A stretch of DNA of 64,000 bases from Mytilus edulis (lineage: Eukaryota). Of the stretch, positions 39,034 to 49,536 are shown in pieces. The notes under the pieces are model-generated. The model was not told where the DNA came from. It made no database searches and was given only the letters and a program-made list of their open reading frames with translations. The stretch lies in the NCBI RefSeq assembly GCF_963676685.1, contig NC_092355.1, forward strand, positions 10,912,001-10,976,000. The letters are read 5' to 3'. Both the position numbers and the translations under genes were made by a program. The stretch's first letter is position 1. Each line of letters opens with the position of its first letter.

Positions 39034-41253
39034 TATAGAACATCGATTTCTATCATTTATTTCTTTAATTAAGCTGTGCGCGTTTTGGTGATGGCACGTC
39101 ATCAGGAATGATACAATTCATTGGGATATACATGTTGATTTACGTATGACGCGCACATTTTGTTATCCAATCCTAAAAACGGATTCTTCTAAAACATACA
39201 TGTAATGTTATCATTCATTTTTGAAAATATTTACCTCATTTTGACTATAAATAGTTATTACACTTAGTCTACATCTTTGTATTATTTATATGTAACGTAT
39301 CTTTATCAAGGCTCTATCTTATTGCGCATATTTTATTGCAATTATAAATTATAATTGGAAGCATGATATTTCCTATTTAAGAAAATACTTAAGAAGATTT
39401 ATCTCGTTCCTCATCAATCAGTAAATATGTCGCATGATACCACAATGCATATGGGAAGTATCAATTATTGTCTAACCTCTGGTGAATATCAACAGTCTAC
39501 GTAATTCCAATATATGAATGATATAACTGGATATCTACTCACTGTCTATAAGCTGATTCTGATTAATCCAGTTTTGTTCTTTTAAAATTTCTATTATCTT
39601 GTAGTATCATGCATAAACATCATTAAGACTTTTGTGATACCGGTTCACTGCAATTTACTTTATCGTCGTACATTATACTGTTTCAAATGCAAATTCAAGA
39701 TTTGTTATAACATATGAACACAGTGTTTTGATGAAATATGGAATGAAGATGTGACCACATATACTCTCAAATACGAGCAAAATATATTACTTGGAATATA
39801 CAATATGAGAGGAAAAGCTAAAAGAATCACATGTATGCCCATCGGAGCGAAACTTTTGACAGGGAAAGCCTATAATGGTATATACACACATATATGGTAT
39901 GACGGCCAATTTCCAAACTTTCCATTGGAGAGCAAAACAAGTAGATGTTAATACTATAGACCACCGTGCGATCACCCATATCTACATAGAAGCGATACAA
40001 GCACAGCCAACACAATAATATACTAGACGTCGATCAACGTAGCCAGAAATCAATTGAAGATACATATGTCATTAGATGTTCATGTTTTTCAACTTGACAG
40101 AGCGTTTTGGTTGGTGATCTGAGTATGCATATAATAATTGTAATCGTAGAAATGACAAATATACGCTCCAGTGACTTTAAGCATTGCCAGTAATTCATTA
40201 ATTTGCATATGAAATTTATATTTACTGAAATCTTCTGCAGCACTTCTGGTTTCTTTTTTTTTAACAAATAAGGTTTATGTTTATAATATACTTGTACATT
40301 GTAAGCGCAACATAGTTCATTTTATATCGCTAAAAAAATAACAGGATTAAATGCCTTTTCGAAGAAATTTATTAGTTTATAGACTGGATCAACTTATTTT
40401 GATCTCAACATCAAAGTTTGTTGCACATGATCATGTTTCATAAGTTTGTTTTATTGAATACAAGAGAGATACGTTTACTGAATCAACTATTTCAAATGAA
40501 AAACGATCGCAAATAAGTTATGTTACTACTGCAAAACTGGAAACCAGAACTTGTTACGCTTTTCTTTCAAATTATAGCATACAAACTAATGTTCGTAAGT
40601 TTAGTTCTGCAATACATAATTGTCCTGTCCATGTTGACCTTTGCAGGTTATTTGATATAAAAAAAAAGTAACATAACAAAGAATAGCAAACCCCATGAAA
40701 AAATCAAAACAGAAAGTCTTTTATCAAATGGCATACTCATTCAGATGACAAAAAAAAAACTATCATATTCCTGATTCAGAACCAGCATTTATTTATGTAC
40801 AATACTGGTTGATTAATTCGGGTTGTATAGCTAAAGAAGAAAAGCAGATTATGTAGATTACATAAATGTTGTATTATCCGTCTACGAAAACAAATACATT
40901 TCGTGTTTTAATTCCTTGGCAGTTTAAACCCTTTTAGAGGATATTGTTTTCGAATTAAAAAAAAAAGGTTTGAGAAATGTAATATAAGGCGGAGAAGTAA
41001 ATGAAATAAAAATACAAACACAAAACAGACACTCAACGCATTTGTTCTTTATTAATTAAAGCTCAATATATATATTATCAGCATTGTTTTAATACATATA
41101 TCATGTATATAGAGCCAAAAAATATATTCTATGGCATTGAAGTTGTAAACAAAACAACTTTGAAGTGACTAATTTGTATGCATCTATTATTACACAAAGG
41201 TCGATTATAGCGGATGCAGATTACATATAGTTATATTGATTAGCTCTTTTCGT

Positions 41254-41285
41254 TATAAGAGATGTGAAACGTATTGTCGATCATC
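41254..41285 (+). promoter_or_regulatory. Candidate core promoter (TATAAGAG + Inr-like TCATC) of cassette B
   Basis: TATAAG at 41254, TCA adenine at 41283 (29 nt). Confidence 0.5.
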
Positions 41286-41677
41286 GATCTGAGTACTACA
41301 TATGTTTTAACGTTATTGGCTTTAACTAATTGAATCTATAGCCTTTTATATGGTTACATAGCCTGTGGATTACATTTGAATAACTTACCACATTTAACTA
41401 ATGTTGGTTTCTCAAATTGTATTCCAGGGTAAATGAGTATTCTTATTTGTGGTAAAAAAAAAGTTAAGGAAACACATTGAACTATGAAAAATCTAATGTA
41501 TATCTTTTGATAAATATAAATTTGAAAATACATGAAATATTTAATATCAAAAGTCCTCTTAATGGGAATACGGAACTAACAAACATACTGAAACATCGTC
41601 TTTTTATCGAAACTAGTGAATAAATAAAATTGTGCTACGACTATTTATAAACCTTGAATATTAATTCGAAACAAAAC

Positions 41678-41737
41678 ATGGATAACGGAGACTATTATAT
41701 CCGTGATTTTCTGAATGACTTCATAAAGGATATAAAG
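41678..41737 (+). CDS. Candidate alternative first coding segment B of the GPCR (MDNGDYYIRDFLNDFIKDIK)
   Basis: ATG in AAAACATGG context, 20 open codons, AAG|GTAAGG phase-0 donor. 52/60 nt and 17/20 aa identical to segment A; 3 of the 6 changed codons are synonymous. Confidence 0.7.
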
Positions 41738-42849
41738 GTAAGGAGTTCTTTGAACCACTTATAATTTAAATAATCATGATGATATGATTAATGTCTAGCA
41801 AACTAGAAAACTTGTGACATTTTTTTTTCTCTAAAAAAATCAAAATTGTACAATTGATAAAGTTACAAAATAATGTTATGCCATTAGAACATACATGACA
41901 GTGAAGTTTTTAAAAGCATTAAAATTGTATAACTGATGAATTTAGGAAAAAATATCTATCATTCTAAGATTAAAGTAAAATTACCAAATGGTACAAACAG
42001 TTATTAGTATTATAAGAAAACGTATAGACCATATTTTCATGTTGATCTGTCACACTGAATTCTACATTTACGATGTTATAAGGGATGAAAGCTAAAACAA
42101 GACAAATATCCTTTGTGTATATTTCAATGTTACCTATAAGTGAAAATGGATCGCAGAAACACAACGGAGAAACATCTGTGTTAACATAATGTGTTACATT
42201 GCAATACTGACGTATTTGTCATAGTTTGTTTGTACAAAAACATATATACAAATAGTGTGCATATGCGCGGAATTGTGTTCTTTTTTTAAAGTCTATAATA
42301 AAGTAAAATGCAAAATATATTTAGAGATATGTGTTGTTTTTTTTCTCCAAAATGTCGTACTTGTGAGAATTGTGTACAGATAAAAAATAACGGATAATGG
42401 TCAACATTAACAATATTTCTTTACCACAATTGACCCACTTTGATAGTCTGTTAAATTTGTTTAGACTTGTTGACGTTCAGTTTTAAGCGTACCTTACAAT
42501 GATATATAGAGAAAATAAATTTTGTAAATAAACGGACTGCATATAAAATGTTTTATATGTCAATACTAATGTACTAATGTTTTCTTTTAATATGTCATTA
42601 AAAACGTAATCGTTAAGTGCAGTGATAAATGTGGTTCAATTATATTGCTCATTTACTCTATGATACCAAAATTAGTGATAATTTACAAAACAAATGTCAC
42701 CACAAAATAAGACTAAACCTGCGGTTCACAATATAAAAAAACGTCTTTGTTGAAATAACTACTAAAAATCATTATCTGTGTAGGAAGACTATTTGTTATA
42801 ATTAACATATCAGCAGGTTAAGAACTGTTCAATATTTATAAAAAAAAAA

Positions 42850-43232
42850 AAGAAGATGTGGTATGAATGCAAATGAGACAACTGGCCACAAGAGACCAAA
42901 ATGACACAGACATTAACAAATATAGGTCAACGTACGGCCTTCAACAATGAACAAAGCCCATACCGCATAGTCGTCTATAAAAGACCCCGATAAGACAATG
43001 TAAAACAATTCAAACTAGAAAACTAACCGTCTAATTTATATAAAAAAATGAACGAAAAACAAATATGTAACACATAAACGAAAGACAACCACTGAATTAC
43101 AGGCTCCTTACTTGGGACATACATACATAATGTGGCAGGGTTAAACATGTTAGCGGGATCTCAACCCTCCCCTAACCTGGGACAGTGGTATAACAGTACA
43201 ACATACGAACGAACTATAAAAATCAGTTGAAA
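42850..43232 (+). repeat. Longest copy of an abundant dispersed repeat (AGATGTGGTATGATTGCCAATGAGACAA...)
   Basis: Fragments at ~1410, 9990, 14777, 16834, 37449 and 51703, and inverted at ~3780, 21750, 22250, 29360 and 48280. Confidence 0.85.
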
Positions 43233-46200
43233 ATGCCCACATTCTTGCACCAGTTTATTTGTACTTTTTTATTATCTGTTATTATAAATCGTAGTCTGTT
43301 AGTTGGTGTGCTTACAACATAAGATATTGAAAAATGATTAAGTATAAAAAATCCAAGTTGAATACTAGTGGAAAAATAAATGACAAAAAAGAGCTAACAG
43401 TTTTTGTTAATTAAAGGGTGACATTTATACAGTGATGTCTCGACCCATATCAACACTACGTTTCGAGCTGATATGGGGGGCCGATATGGAAAATGCCATG
43501 TATTTAACTCTATGCAATATTTTCAATAATAACTAGATTTGAAATGGAATATTTTGGGACATATCATTAGTGTTGTCATCATTATAAAGAAAAAAGAGAA
43601 TTGTACAACAGTTGTATACGACAGTTATTATTATGTTAATCAACATCTCCCTAGTATTACATAATTTTTTTTTTTTTTAAATCAAACGGATGTGATTCCT
43701 ATAGTTCCGTTTTTAATCATTTTTTCTCTATCTACAAAGGGTCACTTAAAACAGAATTTGACTTGACATTGCATTCCAATTAAAATGCACTTTTATATTG
43801 ATCTATTAATTTAAAGCACTTAGTAATACTATTTATAAAGTAGCTCTAAAGATTAGCTTTATATTTGTTATTGGCTTAGTAGAAGAAAAGGTTATAGTGT
43901 AGTGGGACAATTGTCAACATTTGTATTGAAATACATTCAACCATCTCTTATATTTAATCAACCAACGTATGACAAATTTTTGAGTTAATAAAATCGACTT
44001 TGAATAGAACGACGCATAATTGACATAATACATTTACACATCTTATCGAAAATTGTTTGCTAGTTATCCCAGTCATATTGTTTTCATGATTTTAATGTCA
44101 TATGGCCTTTTTCATGGAGTTGCATTATTTAGTTTCTTTTCATATCCGTACAACAGTATGTTAACTTGTATATACTGTGCATGTATTTGGCCCGAAATAT
44201 CTAGAATCATGAAACTAAACATTGTCAATAATTGTGGAACATAAACAACTGTGAACCCTGAAAAAAATGAGAATTGAAATGGGGAATGTGACAAGTGGAC
44301 AACAACCCTAACAAAGAACAGAAACAAACGAAGGCCACCAATTATAGTTTAACACAGCAATCAAATGCATGATTTTGTGAAAGCACTGCATGCGTATTAT
44401 AGCAATCAAACAACATCCCATGCTTACATATTTATATATATTGAAAAAAAATAATTAAAAAAATGATATGTTTATCTTGTTCTCCAATTTTTATTATTTG
44501 ATTAAATCGATCAATATACACCTGATAGTTTTTCTGTTATTAAACTTATGTAAGGCTTGGTACAATGGCAATCGTTTACAATTAAGGACTAATGCAATCT
44601 ATATTGCCAAATCTATTCACGTAAGAGATTTGTTACTCTTTCATAGATGTAATTCCTTTATCTTTACAAATCGAACGATTGGAATTGCTTAACTAAAACA
44701 ATTGGGAGGTATACTCTTAGGTCGAAAGTAATAACGGACTTGTATCGTTTATTGTGCATATTCATAATATCAGAAAAGGAGATATATATCATTTTATGGA
44801 TATTTTCTATGGTAGTTTTAGATTTCCTCCGTTCATTTGCTTGTTTTTGAAATTGTAATGAAGTCTACTCTATCGTTAGTTCAGTAATGTAGTAATCAGC
44901 CTGGTTGTATATAATCCTTTCTCTGTTATCTGGTATTTATATAATGTAGTGTTTGACTTCAACTAGATTCATTCTTGTTAATTTTGTGAACTCTTTTAAT
45001 CAATGTGTATTTATCGCTTGTCCACATTTAATATCATTATTGTAATTAAGAAGAACAATGGATTGAACTACACCTATATCAGGTATATCTATATGTAATA
45101 TATCAGTATGCATCGCAGACACTCATTAATAATTTCTGATAGGGATAAGTCAAATGGATTTGTACCTTGATCATCAGCACGATATATTTTTAGATAAACG
45201 ATAAATTTCGCAATAAAAAGATTTATTTCAAAGAATATCAAGTTGTTCACTCTCATCATATTTCCTTTAAAACACGACCATAGAGACATTTTACTGTGTC
45301 GCTACAACTGACATTTCATGGCTATCCCGACAGTACTGTGTCAATCAAAAGTATGATTGATGCCACGCTATTGAGTGGGATAGTCATAATCAATTCAAGA
45401 ATTGTTAATTCTATAAAATTGGATAATTAAAATATCATTCATGCCAATAATACCATATTCGTATAATGAATATGACAATGAGATTTTCTCTATCACTATG
45501 ACATTCGTTAAAGAAAAGAATGCTATCAACAATTATTGTATTTGAAATTCATTTATATATATTTGAAGCTGATTGATTTAACAAACACTGATTTTGACGA
45601 TACAAGCCAGTCCCCTCACTCACATGATTCAAACTTCGTAATATTTACGTATTTAATTGGATTTATGTCTTTTGAGTTTTGAGTATTTTGAAGTTGTACT
45701 TACTGGCTGATATTGTGTAGACGGAACATGTGTTTGGCGGACATAATTTTAATAGTGCTGTCTATGATGAGTTTATGTATAAAGTTCTGTGTTATGCAAT
45801 ATTCTTTCAATAAATTTGATCATACAATTCTCAGGTAGAAGTCATTAAGAAGTCATCTGAATTTTTTTTCTAGTTGATTATTATTCAATCGGACATAGTC
45901 AATCAACTAAAGGTAATCTATGTGTTTGTATCATTGAGACGACACCGCAACGACAATTTTTTTATTGAATATCTAGATATCGGATTTATGGTTCATAACA
46001 TGTTGAAATGTTTCTTCGACTAAGCTATTATTGGCTCATGTTTTGTTTCACTTTTCAGTTCCAGTTTAGTTCACTCAATTGTTTAACCTTATTATAATTG
46101 CTAGTTACCTATCAAGTGATAAAGAACATTGAAACATGACAGTTCTGAATGCCTCTCTTTACTGCGTATATGATATGTACGCAATTTATACATAAACGTT

Positions 46201-46464
46201 CTATTCTAATGATTCTGGTTTTATAAATATATATCATCAACCACAGAACGAGAAATATAAAGTTGTATAATTCAAAAATAGATTTAAATGAAAGAATCAT
46301 AATACTATTGTATTATTGCATATTATCATCGTGAACCCATGTGCCATTTATTATTTCTATTAATTTCTACAATCATCTCGTTGTGTAGTTTTGTTTCCCT
46401 AGTTACCTACTAATAATCTTAAAATAACAAGTATTATATCTAATGACATGTTTATAAACAAGAG

Positions 46465-46815
46465 AGTTTCGGTGTGGTAGTCAGCGCATCGGAATAATAT
46501 CCCAAAGGTTCCTGGTTTGATCCCCGTTCCGGGGAGAAAAATTCAGAGACTGTCAATTTTTTGGTTCTGCATTGACATCATTTGCGAGTATGGTCTTAAG
46601 AAACGATAATAGTCAATCAAAGGGGGCGATAAATGGCTGACCTCTGTTAAGAGAGAGCAATATATCTTGCATGTAAAAGACACCCTTGTAGATTTCTAAA
46701 AAGAGCAGGCTTATGCCGCTACAAGGCAGCAATCGCACTCGTACAGTGGAAAGGGGAATATATAAGTTGTAATAACTTGTTTCCAAATCCAATATAAATA
46801 AATATGTTTAAACTA
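46465..46815 (+). mobile_element. tRNA-derived SINE
   Basis: A-box-like GGTGTGGTAGT and B-box-like GGTTTGATCCC at tRNA spacing, ~350-bp body, AT-rich tail. Confidence 0.7.
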
Positions 46816-48420
46816 ATAAACACATAATAAGACTAGTGATATGAAAGCCATCGTTCAGTTATTTAAATTAACTAAGTAAGAAGACTGGGGTTCAGGGGTT
46901 TTCCAATTTTTTATTTATCCCATTTGCTGAGATAAAACCTGATTGAATTGCATAAACGCCAAATGCTACGAGGTCACCTCTGAACAGGGAACTCATGGTA
47001 TGCGTGCATCGTTAAGTAAACAACAATCAATCGGTAATTTTCAATATCATACAAACTGCCTAACAGTATTAAATATCGAATACATTACCTCTCACCAGAT
47101 ACTCGTATTTTTTTCAAATGGAATGAAATTCAAAATACCACATGCCTCTTCATAACGATACTATAAAATATAATTTGTCTTACTATTTTTGAATTACATC
47201 GGGTTTAGTGCATCATGTGTGCATTATAGAATGTCTACTGGCAAGACGGTTTTCCTTTAAATCTAAAAGAATAGACGTGTAGAACGGCAATTCAATTTTC
47301 CATAAATGTCACTTCATATATGCAATTGACACTTATTGCCAATAATACATTCAATTTCACTAGACAAATTAACTTACATCTTTCGTTCAATCAATTTTGA
47401 TGATACTGTCGGTGATATAATGATATTTGGAGTGAGATTTAACGCTTAAGTTCAAAGGTGCATATAGTTGAGGCTTATTCGTGTTTAAAGTTCTAGTGTT
47501 GTTCATTCCACGTTTGCAATACTTCCAGAGTGTTCAAATTAACAACAACACATTCGCAGTTTAATATATTATGAAATTAAACTAACATACACATGCAATG
47601 TCATTTTACGATAAGTTAAATGTAAAGAAAATGTACAATTATACAGAAATAGAAGAAAATCGCCATTGCGTCCCACTAGATTTCTAACTTACTAGCCCGT
47701 TATTAATATCTCTTTTATTTGCTGGTGATTAAGATTAAAACACAATTATGACTACTGTACTATATTTTTTGACATTTTAAACTATATTGTGTCTGTTTGT
47801 TTTGTTTACATATCGTTATCAATATAGCATAACGTTATGCGACTTTCATACAAGTGGGAGGTTTGGCTATATAAACAGATTTATTCCAACATTGTCTACA
47901 TAAGAAAATGCATGTACCAAATCAGGTATATGACAGTTGTTTTCAAATTGTTTGATATGTTTACGTTTTTAATTTTGCTAATGATTATTGATTTTTTTTC
48001 GGCGTTCGATATTACTGTGAATGTACTTTTAACTTTGTTTAATACACAATTATACGGTGTACTGATTTACAGATGCACTGCATTTTATAAAAGAACTAGT
48101 AAGGGTAACTTATCGCCTTTTTGTTTGTTTGCTTTTTTTAAAGGGGGATAAATGTTTTTTTTTCTCGGATTGGAAAAGAGGGACAGTGTGTGGGTATCAA
48201 TTGAATTATCAAAAGTTCATGAATATAAACAGCTTCTTTTTCAGTTTTATCCAAGGCTCCTTGTTGAAGACAGTTATTTGACCTGTAATGGTTACGATTA
48301 CAAATTGTGACTTGGATTGGGAGTTGTCTTTTTTGCACTCATACCACACTGATATCTATATATTTTCATTAACATACTTATAAATTGTAAAGTGATTAAT
48401 GTGTATGTTATCTATTTCAG

Positions 48421-49518
48421 ATAAACCAATCCAAACATCTATCATGTGGAAATGGTTCAAATCAAACATGTGATGACCAGTGGATAACCAATCGAGGCTC
48501 TGGTCAGGGGTCAATTGGGTCAGATGTATTCACATATGTCACCCCAGTGATATTTGCTGTAGGAATAATCGGGAATACAATTTCCTTATTAGTGTTTCTT
48601 ACTAAAAACATGAGGAAGTTGTCGGCAAGCGTATATCTGGCAGCCCTATCAACAGCTGATCTAATGGCTTTGATATTTTATGTCCTGGTTGAGTGGATTA
48701 GAAAAGGAATACCAATCGGGTCAGGACAGGTAACAGCTCCGTTTCTGGAAAGTAATGGAGTATGTCAGATAATACTGTTCATGTCGTATTCTTTTCGTTT
48801 CCTTTCGGCTTGGCTTGTAGCATGTTTTACATTAGAACGATATGTCGGAGTCTGTCACCCGTTGAAACGCAAGGACGTCTGTAACTTACGTTCTTCAAAA
48901 AGAATCGTTTTCTTTGCAGTGATTATTTCCTTTGTTATAGCCTCATTCCGACCATGGCTGAGCGAAGTGCGTTATGTAGGGCCAAATGATGTTCCATCGT
49001 GTACTAGAAGACTTGAACACACATACCTCTCATTTGTCTATGACTGTATTTTTGGAGTATGTATCACCTTTCTACCATTTCTTATTATCACAATACTAAA
49101 TACATTAATCATTCGGAAATTAATTATTCGGAACAAAAGACACCGACAGGTCAAAATTATAACAGAGGAAAGTATAATTCGATTAGAATTTACCGTAATT
49201 TTGATAACTATATCATTTTGCTTCATCGCTTTCAATACGCCATATGCCATTATATGGTTCAAACATTCTCTACAGATGAGTTCTATGCGAATGGAGGATA
49301 GTGTATTCGTACCAACAAATCAAAACTTATTGATTTTTACAAAGACAATATTTTTTATGAATTATTGTATTAACTTTTTCCTGTACAGTATAACAGGTGC
49401 TTACTTCCGAAAAGAACTCAACATGTTATTTACATATAGAAGTAAAGTTTATCAAAGTTATCACAAATGCTCCCTCCCTAACTCTACAGCAACAACTCCA
49501 CAATCATGGATTCCTTAA
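48421..49518 (+). CDS. Rhodopsin-like (class A) GPCR, FMRFamide/peptide-receptor-like; terminal coding exon holding the extracellular N-terminus and all 7 TM helices
   Basis: ORF 48547-49518 has TM1 GIIGN, TM2 LAALSTADL, TM3 FTLERYVGVCHPLK, TM6 FCFIAFNTP and TM7 INFFLY. The frame stays open back to 48421 (INQSKHLSCGNGSNQTCDDQWITNRGSGQGSIGSDVFTYVTPV, with sequons NQS/NGS/NQT), directly after the acceptor TATCTATTTCAG. There is no in-frame ATG before TM1, so an upstream phase-0 coding exon is needed. Confidence 0.93.
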   Translation: MNQSKHLSCGNGSNQTCDDQWITNRGSGQGSIGSDVFTYVTPVIFAVGIIGNTISLLVFLTKNMRKLSASVYLAALSTADLMALIFYVLVEWIRKGIPIGSGQVTAPFLESNGVCQIILFMSYSFRFLSAWLVACFTLERYVGVCHPLKRKDVCNLRSSKRIVFFAVIISFVIASFRPWLSEVRYVGPNDVPSCTRRLEHTYLSFVYDCIFGVCITFLPFLIITILNTLIIRKLIIRNKRHRQVKIITEESIIRLEFTVILITISFCFIAFNTPYAIIWFKHSLQMSSMRMEDSVFVPTNQNLLIFTKTIFFMNYCINFFLYSITGAYFRKELNMLFTYRSKVYQSYHKCSLPNSTATTPQSWIP

Positions 49519-49530
49519 AGTTCACAGTTC

Positions 49531-49536
49531 AATAAA
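49531..49536 (+). terminator. Possible polyadenylation signal of the GPCR
   Basis: AATAAA 13 nt after the stop codon; such hexamers are common by chance in AT-rich DNA. Confidence 0.25.

Noticed and set aside
46465-46540. tRNA gene
   Set aside because: A/B boxes are present but there is no convincing cloverleaf, and it continues into a SINE body.
48547-48549. GTG start assigned to the GPCR by the ORF track
   Set aside because: It lies inside TM1; the frame is open to the acceptor at 48421 and the gene is eukaryotic.
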